A program made the position numbers and the translations under genes. A DNA stretch of 37,284 bases, taken from positions 1-37,284 of the forward strand of contig JALAGF010005183.1 in assembly GCA_030167865.1 (NCBI GenBank), written 5' to 3'. How positions within the stretch are numbered: position 1 is the stretch's first letter; every line of letters starts with the position of its first letter. Source of the stretch: Craspedostauros australis (taxonomy: Eukaryota). Positions 1-10,668 of this stretch are shown one piece after another. Below the pieces are notes generated by a model. The model ran no database searches, was not told where the DNA came from, and saw only the letters and a program-made list of their open reading frames with translations.

Positions 1-526
1 GAAATCTTGATTCTCAGATTTGACTACCTTCCAGATAGACTGGAGACCTCATACTTCGTGGCCAGATCCTTTGGAGTGTGTTGTAAGTGCGCGCCAGGTT
101 GGATTCGATTGCGATTGACATTTTATCTGCACATTTTGACAATCTACTGCACAGTATGGTGCGTAGCTCGCAGTACTGTCACCCACAGCACCACTCGAAA
201 TCTTGATTCTCAGATTTGACTACCTTCCAGACGGNNNNNNNNNNNNNNNNNNNNNNNNNNNNNNNNNNNNNNNNNNNNNNNNNNCTCAGATTTGACTACC
301 TTCCAGACGGATCTAAGACCTCATGCTTCGTGAACAGATCCTTTGGGGTGTGTTGTAAGTGCGCGTCGGGTTGGATTTCATTGCGATTGACGTTTTATAT
401 GCAAATTTTGACAATCTACTGTACAGTACGGTGTGTAGCTCATAGTACTGTCACCCACACTACATGATATCTAGATTCTCAGATATGGATGCCTTCCAGA
501 TGGACTGGAGACCTCATACTTCGTGA
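1..526. repeat. Tandem satellite, ~196-bp monomer, interrupted by an assembly gap (N 235-284)
   Basis: GAAATCTTGATTCTCAGATTTGACTACCTTCCAGA starts at 1 and again at 197. A diverged copy runs 285-~470 and a partial copy ends ...GGAGACCTCATACTTCGTG at ~525. Confidence 0.9.
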
Positions 527-918
527 ATGTACTCGTTGAGGTGTTCTCGGAGTGGTGGCATTGTTGTAATCAAGTATGCTTGACATTTTGTATGCACATA
601 TGACCAACATAGTACACACAGTGACCGAACGGTATCATGAGAACTGGCTATATGAGATTTATCACTCGTTGCAGCTGGATCTGGACCGTCCCAAGGTAGG
701 TACATGCCCATGACCGATGTCAGTATGTAATATAGTTGGTTTAACCCTCTCCTCGTCTTCTGCAGAACAGGATTCATCAACACCATCAAAAACTGGAGTA
801 CTCTACACTACTCGACAGGGACACGGTTGATGTGTTTACTTCACAGCTAAATTAATATTTTCGATGTTGTCGTAAAGACACGCCGGCCATTTCAGTCATC
901 CAATCATCGTGTCGGGCA

Positions 919-969
919 CCAAAACGACCTGGTTAGTGGACTTTGGCCTCCAAAACGACCTGGTTAGTG
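919..969. repeat. Perfect 20-bp direct repeat CCAAAACGACCTGGTTAGTG x2 (period 31)
   Basis: Copies at 919-938 and 950-969. Confidence 0.9.
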
Positions 970-1155
970 AATTTCCTCAAATCTGAATACAAGTATGGTT
1001 GGATAAGTACGCTGGATACCGTGGTGTACCATTGCTCTACCAATACAGTGACAGACTAACGTTCTCTACTGATGCATTCTCTACCTTATGCACATCATAG
1101 AACCAAGGGCCACATGTGTTCCGTTGAGCAAAGGCCCGCTTGTCTGTTCCTGCAC

Positions 1156-2706
1156 CTAGAACACCGTCCCCTTGCTCCATTGCACCACCGTCGTCGGTGT
1201 TTCCCCGCGTGTTCCGTACAGCTTGTCAACGAATAGGGCATGGTCATCATCCACGCCGCAGGCTTGCAGTTGGAATGCCAATCGGCGACATTCATCATCC
1301 GCGCTGCCCTTCGCTCCACTGGTTTCCAATTCACCATCCAACAGTTGAACATGGCAATCGAATTGCCCAAGTTCCAGACCAGCGAGTTCCTCCAAAGCGA
1401 CAATGATCTGCACGATTGCATGGGAATCTTGATTCACGCTGGCGGCAGCTGTGCCAGACTCATTCTCGATCATCCGACACGCTGGCACGCCCAGCAATCG
1501 ACAGACCATGCTTGTTGCTGCCGAAATGAGGAGGGAGGTCGGATATGGATCGTCGTTGTTGATACTGTTCACATTGGCGAGGTCTTGCGCAACGATCCTT
1601 CGCATGACGATGCATTTGTTGGTTTGAAACGAATGAATATGCGCAGCCGATACCTTGCGGGTGGCGCTGAGCGCGAAGTCTTCATCAATATGCCAGCGAC
1701 TTCCCGTGTGCGCTTGTGAACTCGTATTGCTTGCCACAGTACGAGCATTTGAGGACGATCCCAACTGCTGCAACAGCGCATCAACGTCGTATCCAGCATT
1801 CTGCAAGGCGCTCAATAGAAGAATTTGGATCTCATCGCGCACGACCTCCTCCGCAAATGATATCAGCTTGCGGTCTTCCTCCGTTGTTGCATCAGAAGCA
1901 GAGCCTGCGTTGGTTTGCTGCGATAGCCGCAGCGCGGTGGCGCACAGTTCATGCACGGCGCGAGATTCGAAGTACATGTTGCTTGATGCGTCATCGCCGG
2001 ACACAAGACCATGATCCTGACACCATGTCTGAATGGAACCGACCCCCACGTACTGCGGACGTTGCGACAGGCCTATCACGGCATCGCGCAGCTCATCTTG
2101 CGGCAGCACGTCGTCGTCATCTGGACACTTCGCAACGGCATTTGACCAGAAGTTGGCGTTGGCGAATCCGATCATGCCAAATTCGCCCTGACGGAATGCC
2201 TCCTTGCGATGCACCAGAGCATGCGTGTACGTGGCGAAGGTGCGTGCTGGGACCGAAGTTGTGCCATATGTGGATGGACCATGCGCAAAGTGGATGTCAT
2301 CCGGCCAAGACATGGGCGTGATGAGGTTGTGGCATTCGTCCGTGTAACCGTGACCAAGCAGAACCAACGCCATGGCGATGCGGCCGAATTCTCGTTGTCG
2401 GCGTGTGCTGTCAGCGTCATTCAAGGTTTGGGATTGCCATGATTGTGGCAATGACGACGGCGACGATGTGAAGGTGCTTGTCCCTGTCTCATCCGGGAAG
2501 AGTTCGTTCAGCGCGAAAGGTACATCATCGATCACCCTTTGCAACTCATCGCATGGTGCTTGCCTCGCTTCCTTCTGACGAATGCCCTTGAGTTCTTCGA
2601 GAGATTGGTAGTGCAATGATGGAAAGGCATGATTTCCCATCAACGGCCAATGGATGGTGGTGAACGTCGATGGAAATAGTGGAGGCAGCGAGACTGTCGC
2701 CTTCAT
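1156..2706 (-). CDS. Conserved-looking hypothetical protein (~500 aa); start codon uncertain (2706 or the Met of MGNHAF ~2640)
   Basis: Uninterrupted 516-aa ATG ORF with globular composition. The segment DECHNLI...THALVHRKE...FANANFW resembles a H-x-x-x-H-R-x-E...N-A-x-Y/F-W motif recalled from uncharacterised bacterial and algal proteins. Confidence 0.75.
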   Translation of the reverse strand: MKATVSLPPLFPSTFTTIHWPLMGNHAFPSLHYQSLEELKGIRQKEARQAPCDELQRVIDDVPFALNELFPDETGTSTFTSSPSSLPQSWQSQTLNDADSTRRQREFGRIAMALVLLGHGYTDECHNLITPMSWPDDIHFAHGPSTYGTTSVPARTFATYTHALVHRKEAFRQGEFGMIGFANANFWSNAVAKCPDDDDVLPQDELRDAVIGLSQRPQYVGVGSIQTWCQDHGLVSGDDASSNMYFESRAVHELCATALRLSQQTNAGSASDATTEEDRKLISFAEEVVRDEIQILLLSALQNAGYDVDALLQQLGSSSNARTVASNTSSQAHTGSRWHIDEDFALSATRKVSAAHIHSFQTNKCIVMRRIVAQDLANVNSINNDDPYPTSLLISAATSMVCRLLGVPACRMIENESGTAAASVNQDSHAIVQIIVALEELAGLELGQFDCHVQLLDGELETSGAKGSADDECRRLAFQLQACGVDDDHALFVDKLYGTRGETPTTVVQWSKGTVF

Positions 2707-3248
2707 CTTGCACAGATGTTAGTGATGGAACGTGCGCAAGTTGCACAGTTGATTGTGTCGCTGGTGGCAGATTGTCACATTCTTGGGATGGAGTCGTACG
2801 TACCACCACATGTTCGCTGGACTGGTCATAGCACCACACAGACAGAATCATGGGCGTCGCCTTGCGCATTCATTTTGGCGCGAAAATGGAAGTCTGTTCT
2901 TCATTCGACCTTTTGTCGACTCAATCGAATAACGCGGACTTCGAATCTTGCTGCTTCGGGATTGGGCAACGGTCATTGGGTTTTGCGACCAGTACAACCA
3001 CGAAGAGCGCCGAATGGCACGAGCTGACCGCGAAGAGAAGCACACGATTACTCGCAGCAACAGACGCGAAATCGAACCGACACAACAAACATCCGCAGGT
3101 CCAACAGGAACTGCAAGTCCAGCTACAACTGCACCTGCATCCTCTGCAACGCATACGACTACAACTGCGAACGCAACAACTGCATCAGGCAACGAAGGAA
3201 AAGAAGAGCAACACCGTAGACTCTCCCTGCAGAGACAATCAAGACAGA

Positions 3249-4862
3249 ATGGCGAGCAGACCTCCAACATCGACGGATGACTTCTTCACCAACAACGGAT
3301 CTCCGCCGAAGACGATGGCAAGACTCAGAACCAACCGACGAGGGGCTCCTCCTCCTCCACCGCCCAAGCCTGCATCGGCGACAGGTGGTGCCGCAGCTGC
3401 TGCTTCTCCTGCAAGCAAACCCGCCAGGAGCGCAGTGGGAGCTTCAGCAGGAAGAACGGCTGCATCAGGTTCCATGGGAATGACCGCCAAGTCCACAACC
3501 TCGCCGACGCGCAGAGGACCAGCTGCGCGTCGAGCGGCTGCAAGAGGTGCTGCAGGCACAACTGCGAGCACAGGTGCAACAGGAGCAGCAACGGCTGGTG
3601 CAAGTACGAAGGCCCGAACGTTGCCGACCATGAAGAGGGCACCAGCGGCGACGAACCGTCCTGTTGGAAACTACTACCTCAGCACAACCAACGCAGGCAG
3701 CAGCAACAGCAGCAGTCAGGCTGCGTCCACAACAGCCACGACTGCGACCGCGTCATCTTCTGCCATGGATTGGACGACGCCAGCGGCGGCTCCTGCTGCC
3801 ACGCCACGTGCAGAAGCGTCTTCAACAACGTCGACGTACAACTCGTGGGCGGCTCCCGCACCGGCTCAAGGCTCCATAAATGCGACCTCCGCAACCACAA
3901 ATGCGCCAACTGCCTCTTCGAATGATTGGTTCACCCCGAGTGCGGCATCATCATCGGCAACAGCACCAGGAAACAACGGAGCATATGGCGCACAGATGAA
4001 CAGCGCTTCGCAATTCGGATCCAATGGCCAGGGCGCCAACGCAAATGCGACAGCACAGGGCAACACTCATTTCACGAACCCCGCAGGGTCTGCTGCGACC
4101 ACCACCGCAAGCAACAGCGCCAGCAACGGCTTCAACTACTCCGGATATGGCAATGGCATGAACCCCATGATGCAAGGGTCGATGGATCAGAACAATGCTA
4201 ACGCGGTCAGCGGCCAACAATCGAACAACGGCACGAACATCATGCAGCCGCAGATGTTCATTCCAGACCCGTCCTCCGTGTCACAATCCGGCGGGTCGAC
4301 GTCGATGGAGGACTTTGGGAACGAACCGCCTCTGCTGGAGGAGCTGGGCATCTTCATTCCTCACATCGTGGAAAAGACCAAGGCGGTGGTCGTCCCATTC
4401 GAAAAGTTCGGAGGTCATCAAATTGACCCTGCCACCATCACCAAGGACGCTGACATGGCCGGTCCATTGGCGTTTGCGATCCTGCTGGGTTTCGAAATGA
4501 GCCTCACAGGCAAGCTGCAGTTCGGGTACATCTACGGCTTCGGCCTCTTCGGCTGTCTCAGCATGACGCTCGTCATCAACCTCATGTCGCCGACGGAACC
4601 CGTGTCGTTCTGGACGGTCACGAGCATACTGGGATACGCCCTCATTCCCATCAACGTTCTGGCGCTCGTCAAGATCGTCGTCATGAACCTGATCCAGTTG
4701 CAGACGTTGGGGAGGATACTCGGTCTGCTGGCGGTCGGTTGGTCCACCACAGCCTCGACGCGGTTGCTCGAGATTGGGTGCGGCATGCGGGACCAGCGGT
4801 ATCTGGTGGCCTACCCCATCGCCTTGATATACTCCGCCTTTGTTCTCATTACCATCTTCTAA
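3249..4862 (+). CDS. YIP1: Yip1-domain Golgi/ER membrane protein (YIPF5/YIPF7-like) with long low-complexity N-terminus
   Basis: Diagnostic Yip1 motifs EPPLLEELGI, DADMAGPLAF, GKLQFGYIYG, SILGYALIP, WSTTAS, QRYLVAYPIALIY. The ATG at 3249 (MASRPP) is preferred over 2850 because the upstream translation looks like CAA-rich UTR. Confidence 0.92.
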   Translation: MASRPPTSTDDFFTNNGSPPKTMARLRTNRRGAPPPPPPKPASATGGAAAAASPASKPARSAVGASAGRTAASGSMGMTAKSTTSPTRRGPAARRAAARGAAGTTASTGATGAATAGASTKARTLPTMKRAPAATNRPVGNYYLSTTNAGSSNSSSQAASTTATTATASSSAMDWTTPAAAPAATPRAEASSTTSTYNSWAAPAPAQGSINATSATTNAPTASSNDWFTPSAASSSATAPGNNGAYGAQMNSASQFGSNGQGANANATAQGNTHFTNPAGSAATTTASNSASNGFNYSGYGNGMNPMMQGSMDQNNANAVSGQQSNNGTNIMQPQMFIPDPSSVSQSGGSTSMEDFGNEPPLLEELGIFIPHIVEKTKAVVVPFEKFGGHQIDPATITKDADMAGPLAFAILLGFEMSLTGKLQFGYIYGFGLFGCLSMTLVINLMSPTEPVSFWTVTSILGYALIPINVLALVKIVVMNLIQLQTLGRILGLLAVGWSTTASTRLLEIGCGMRDQRYLVAYPIALIYSAFVLITIF

Positions 4863-6999
4863 AACGGACTGGAGTCTTGGTGGTGCTGGAGGTACCATGC
4901 ATATGTACGTGCATTCCCACATACGGGCCATTGAGCTTGGCGGAACACGTGGTACTATAATATTCTATTATACAAGAGAGTAATGGCAAGCGATGTCACA
5001 AACATGGTGATCCCACAACAGACATCTTTCCGTACGCATTGTGAGAAGGGAATCCACGGTGCGTGCCAGCATGGATAGAACGCGAATTTTCGATGCCAAC
5101 AGAGCAGAGAGACAGAGAAACAATCGAATCTTCCACGACAAGAACGACCATCCGTATCCGCCTCCACCAACTTCGCCGATCTTCGTACTCACAGTCGTAC
5201 ATAAATACCCAACGCTGAGGAGGAGTCCCTCATGCGCAAGATTCATCGGATACAATCCGAAGATGCGGGAAGCGGATGGAGAACTAAGTGCAGCTCCACA
5301 CATGGTGGTCGATTAGAGAACAAGCATTTGGCATGAGTACCGCACCACCCATTTCGCTGAAAGTTGAAGACCAAATTCCGGCAATGGTTCACGAACCATC
5401 ACCAGAAGTTCCATCTTGGTCTTGTCCGTATCGTTGTTGCAGCCATGCCAGGAGGAGTTATCGGTCACGCCCACATGCAACACACGCAGGTACGGCACAA
5501 CCTCTTCCATTGTGAACACCGTACGCGTGCGGTGGTCACATGGCGGTGTATCTTGGGTCGGACGTAGTTCCAGCTCTTCTCCATCCACCTTTCTCTCTTG
5601 CTTCGTTCCATCTTTGTTGTATCTGCACACGCTCTGAGCACCTTCTCTACTTCTGGCACAGCATTCGATGTCGGAGATGTTTGGCAAAGATCCTTGCTGT
5701 TCTTGGGCTGCGTGTCTGCCGGAACAGATACCTACCAACGCACGTGAGGACATGTGTGCTGGGAACATCTTGGAACGGTCTCTCGATTGGACGCGCCCCT
5801 TTCCGCAGAAAGGTCTTCGATGAAATGGAACACCTGCCTTTCCGCCTCCTTTTGCGGACTACTAGCGCGTGGTAGCGACCACACGCGCGGCACCGCAAGC
5901 ACACATGCGGCGTCATCTTGCTTCTGCTCCAAAAGGCCCAACGCATGATTGCCCAGGCAGTGCGCCTTGTTGCGTCCTGTCCAACACGTATTTTTCTATC
6001 GTGCCAAAACAACTCAGCACATTGGCTGTTTCCGTTACCAACCGCGGAAGAATCTGGTTGCGATGTGTCATCTGCGACACGAATGAACCAATCACATCCA
6101 TTCATGGAAGATTCATCAACGATTCTGCGTTAAACAAAACTTCCTCCCAAAATGTGGCAAACGCTTCTTGCGGGGTACAGAAATGCACAAGGACAATGAC
6201 GGAGATGGAGCTGTTGTGGCGCAGAGTGGGAGATTTGCGTGCGGCCGCTGGCTTTTGTCATGGCAAAGGCAACGAACGCTGATACCGAACGAAGGTGGTT
6301 GTTGTCGTTGGCGGCGGTGAGCTTGTGAAGCGCAAAGGTGGAGGGACAAATCGAAGCGAGATCAAGCAAGCGAAGTGCTGGGGCGTTGCGCGCACTTGGC
6401 AGCGACGGATTGTGACCAGTCTCCGTTTCCACATCATCGCCATTCCTCGCTTGTCTTGTTTCTGCTGCATCACATCAGTGCTCCGCGAAACAACAGGAGC
6501 TGCTCGGCACAGGCACCACCGGCTGCATCCAACACAACAGACCAGCGGCAGCGTCGGCAGCAGTCGGCAGCAGTCGGTAGCAGTCGCACACACAAAAGGT
6601 CGTACGACACAGGGCAGACAGAGCGAGAGTATCCCTTTCTGTGTGAGGCACCATTCGTTCATTCACTCATCTGTTCATTTCTCCACTTCCAACGATAGAG
6701 CCATAGCATCAGAAACAGCAACAGCGGCAGCAACAGTGTCAGAGACAAGAAGGATCGGAAGGACGCGCGCGTGTGGAGCACCGTGATCCTTTTCGTGCAA
6801 GCAACAGCAGACGCACGCATCAACAAGCGGAGAAAGACAGGCAACGGCTAAGATTCGGTATCATACCGTACCATACCTTCCTGTTGGAACCAAGGGGACG
6901 CACGTCAGCAATTGAGAACATATAATACATCGCCGATCATCGACACTCTGCAAAACGGTACCATCTGACAAGAAGCCCGTCAGCGTACTCCACTCGAGT

Positions 7000-7024
7000 G
7001 CATAGCATAGCATAGCATAGCATA
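7000..7024. repeat. (GCATA)5 microsatellite
   Basis: Direct reading of the sequence. Confidence 0.85.
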
Positions 7025-7393
7025 CCACACCTGAGCATCGATCAAAGGTCTCAAGAGCCGGTGAGAAAGCGAGCACCCAGCAGTTCCGGTCTGGCGTTCC
7101 TTCAAGATTCACCATTGCCTGGAGCCTGCGGACAGAAACAGCAGCAGTTGGACCATTGCGGACAGCAACGCCTGCGTGGGGTGTCAAAGAAAGGCAGGAG
7201 GAGCACCTCAGCACCCCCGGATACTGCAAGATTCGCTTGTGCGCAGTATTGGCAATCATTCTCGACAGGCACAAGCAGATACGAGCGCAACACTGCACTC
7301 ATATTTTATATTGCTGAGAGTATCCAAGCTGACGTTGAAGAGCAAGGCGGTAGGAGGACACATCCACATATCCACTGAATTGCCACGTGAACC

Positions 7394-8254
7394 ATGGGGT
7401 GCTCCAACTCGACGCTGCAACAGACTTCCGTGACATCGGACAACTACGTCCCAATCATCAAGGAGTTGTCGCGCCCCATCAAGATACTGCCGGGAGAGCC
7501 TTCCCTCGTGCTGTTCCACGAGAACGATGTCTCGTCAGACGATCAGATACACTTCGCCATCCAAAAGACGAACCGCAACCAAACGGGGGACAGCTTCCGC
7601 GTCATGAACCAAGGCGGCGACATCGACTTTGACATGGGCAGCTGGAACGAGGGCAGGCACCTGTTCGTGGAACCGATCTACAAGTTCGGCGGTCCCCGCA
7701 TGAGCCTCGAGGGTACCACGGGGGTGTACCAGGGTGACGCGGCCCTGCCCGTGGCCTACTGGACCCGCGATGTGGCAAGGGGGAAGAACCACTTCAAGAT
7801 ACTGCGGGAGAAGCCCGTTTACTCCAACCAGGCCAAGGCCTTCACCATCGCGGGTCGCGATCAGAAGGATGTACCCATCAAGACGGCCACGCCCTTCGTC
7901 GGACGCACCAGCGTCGACTTTTACTCATACGCCAACGTCGTCTTTGACAGGGACACCAAGATCGCTTCGATCAAGGTCTACGGCGCACCCAAATGCAAGA
8001 ACGGCGTGCCGTTGTACCAGATGCATCAGGCGACCGAATTCACGTGGGTGCTGTATCGTTTCAGTCACGACGAGGAGAGGTACACGGTCTGCGCGGTCTT
8101 TAAGAAGGTCGTCGGCAAGAGGAAGGAGCTTCCGCTCTACGAGACTGTCATCGCGCCGCACGTCGATCCCGTCTTCATTCTGTGTCTTGGCTCCATCCTG
8201 GATTCCTACTGGACGTATCGCCTCAAGAAGCCCAGGCTCAAGCTGTTTGGATGA
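7394..8254 (+). CDS. LURP-one-related / tubby C-terminal-like protein with N-terminal MGC acylation motif
   Basis: 286-aa ORF with strong C/G third-position bias. The C-terminal YETVIAPHVDPVFILCLGSILD matches the LOR/scramblase terminal helix pattern (Y.v.v.p.vD..f...l..ilD). The protein starts MGCSNS. Confidence 0.7.
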   Translation: MGCSNSTLQQTSVTSDNYVPIIKELSRPIKILPGEPSLVLFHENDVSSDDQIHFAIQKTNRNQTGDSFRVMNQGGDIDFDMGSWNEGRHLFVEPIYKFGGPRMSLEGTTGVYQGDAALPVAYWTRDVARGKNHFKILREKPVYSNQAKAFTIAGRDQKDVPIKTATPFVGRTSVDFYSYANVVFDRDTKIASIKVYGAPKCKNGVPLYQMHQATEFTWVLYRFSHDEERYTVCAVFKKVVGKRKELPLYETVIAPHVDPVFILCLGSILDSYWTYRLKKPRLKLFG

Positions 8255-9540
8255 AGCCCCGTGCCTGTTCGGATGCACATCATGCAACCGCGCAGTCAAG
8301 TGAAACGAAGTAGGAATTGGCACGTACGAACGTTAGGAAGTACAAACACCACCAACCGACACAACACGCCAATCACCCCGCTCTGCGAAGAGAGAGAGAG
8401 AGAGAGAGGTGGATCCACGATGAAGCTGCCAAGTCGGTTCTGGCCAGGGGCAAGAAGGGGGAAACGCGTTGTGGACGAGACCACGGAGGACGGTGTGTGG
8501 GAAGCAGGATGAGAGAAGTCCTGAAGGACAACGCCACACTCCGAGCGCCCCCACAATCGCGCTGTGTAAGCACATGGAATGCAAAGCGCCGCGAATCCAC
8601 AAACAAGATGCCGTGTGCTGTTCCGTTGCCGTTTCAACGGAGCAACCGCAAGCATCTGGTGCGTCACCTCACAGCATCAAAAGCACCCTCCACCAACGTG
8701 CGTTCACCTGGCTTCATCTTGGTCCCCCCCACATCCAAAACATGGAATCAACAACGAAGATGGACAAGGCAATGAGATGAGATGGGATGAAATGTATCGT
8801 CACAACGCAACACATGCTCTGTCCATCCAAAATGATCGAAGCGTCGATCAACACAACTGTTCAAAGGAATGTAACACTACTCTACCATGTATAGTACATA
8901 CATATACAATCTGTTATCACCATTGTACTCTACTCATTTGATGTTGCGCTCAGTATCCATTCATGCATTCTTTCGAGAACGATTCTGAAGCACTTGGCTC
9001 TACTCTACATCGAACTGCAAAGACTCCGACGCGTCTTTTCGCACAGTCTGGCCATCTGTACGTCTACGTTGGTGACGGAAGTTTCCGAACTCCTTCTTTG
9101 GCTTCGTTCGCAGATGGTGACGTCAGCTTGGTCAACATGTTTGGGGCCATCCAGTGAATTCAGGGATAGAGAAAAGGGGTGTCATGTGAATGGGGGTGAA
9201 ACACGTCACAAAGATCGCGACCTTCAATTTCGGTCGCCGAAAACGAAGCACGCGACACGGCGCTCATCGCGACACAACACGGGAGCGCAGATCACCATCA
9301 CAATCGCTGTCTCTTGACATCATCAACGATCTCCATCACCAGCATCAATCATCACTCGACAGATCCGCAGATTCGCCAACCTTAATCGAGGCACGTCTTC
9401 ATCACATTCTCACGTTCATCTCCAGACCCACAGAGTTGAGAAAGACGAAGCATCCTCTCTTGCATCCAATTGCTTGTTGCAGTTTCCATCCTCCATCAGC
9501 AGACCAGCATCCGCAGTGACCAAGCTCAACAGACATCATT

Positions 9541-10668
9541 ATGTCCTCCACCAAGAAGAACAGCGCACTCCTGGTCGCCATTGCATGGTGCATGGCCGCA
9601 TCGACAACACAGGCCTTCGTGGTGCAACCGCAAGCCGGCACCAATCTCCAAAGCGCCTCAGGTATTCGCACGAACATCCCACCGCACAGAGCCGGATCCG
9701 TCGTTCAGATGACGAGCGAGGAGATCCCGCAATTGACGAGCTTCCGTGAGGCCGAGATTCTGGGTCTGCGATTCATGCAGGAAGGCAACTTTCAGTCGGC
9801 GCTGGATGGTAGGTCTCTCATCGTGTGTCTCCTTTTCTTGCGTTGGTGTTGGTGTTGGTGTGCATGAGCGTTATTATTCATTTGCTTTTCCAAGTGGTGT
9901 TCGTATCGAGCCACATGAACATGAAGTTGCTTGTAGAGTACCATCTCATTCATGACACTCTGTACTGACAACAACGACAACAACAACTACATTCCGCAAC
10001 ATATGCTTCATGCTCCATTCTACACGCTCTGCTGAACTCCGATATCCCTACACACTCACGCTTCGACCACAGCCTTTGAGAAAGGAATGAAATTGCCAGG
10101 AAGCCGTCCCGACATTGTGCGAACCAAGAGCCTGGCAGGCCCAAGCCCCGTCGGAGGATCCTACGGTGGAACGGAAAGCAAGAAGGTTCTCGCATTGGAC
10201 GACTTTGAATTGCAGGCCGCGCACTACAACATGGCGTGCGCCCATTCCAGATTAGGCAATCTCGATGAGGTACGTTCTGCCTTCTTTCATTCCTTGGTGA
10301 TGATGATGATTGCCATGATGCATGGCATGACTACGAGTAGATACGTGTTTCGCACTATCTCTTGCTTCCCTCTGCAGCACCATTGCCTGGTGCATCTATT
10401 TTCTCACCTTCCGAACGAACGGTCAAACCACAATTGTATCCATTTTAATACCGCCGTTGCACTGAAATGCGCTGAATTGCACTGCACTGCAATACAGTCA
10501 ATAGCCAACCTGGCCAAAGCATTCGAGAATGGATTCGATAATTACACGACGGTCCGTGGCGATCCAGATCTTGACCCCATTAAGTCGGAGGCGGATTTTG
10601 CCAAGCTCATGGAGACCTACGAATCACAGAAGGCGTTCAATCCGTTCGGTTTCTTTGGAAAGAAGTAG
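9541..10668 (+). CDS. Plastid-targeted TPR protein resembling the C-terminal TPR part of MET1/ZKT/TEF30; exons 9541-9808, 10073-10269, 10498-10668 (211 aa)
   Basis: Signal peptide ends TQA-FVV (ASAF-type cleavage). Donors are GTAGGT (9809) and GTACGT (10270); acceptors are CAG (10072, 10497). The spliced product is in frame and reads AAHYNMACAHSRLGNLDESIANLAKAFENGFDNYTTVRGDPDL...FGFFGKK. Confidence 0.85.

Noticed and set aside
7..467. Repeated short ORFs (LRFDYLPD...)
   Set aside because: Translations of the 196-bp satellite; the period is not a multiple of 3.
2850..3248. Further N-terminal extension of Yip1 to ATG 2850
   Set aside because: The translation derives from CAA/CTGCA-rich low-complexity sequence typical of a 5' UTR, and it would leave only ~140 bp to the divergent gene.
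4968..6130. Chain of short minus-strand ORFs that might be a frameshifted pseudogene
   Set aside because: No recognisable family motifs or consistent splice model found by eye.
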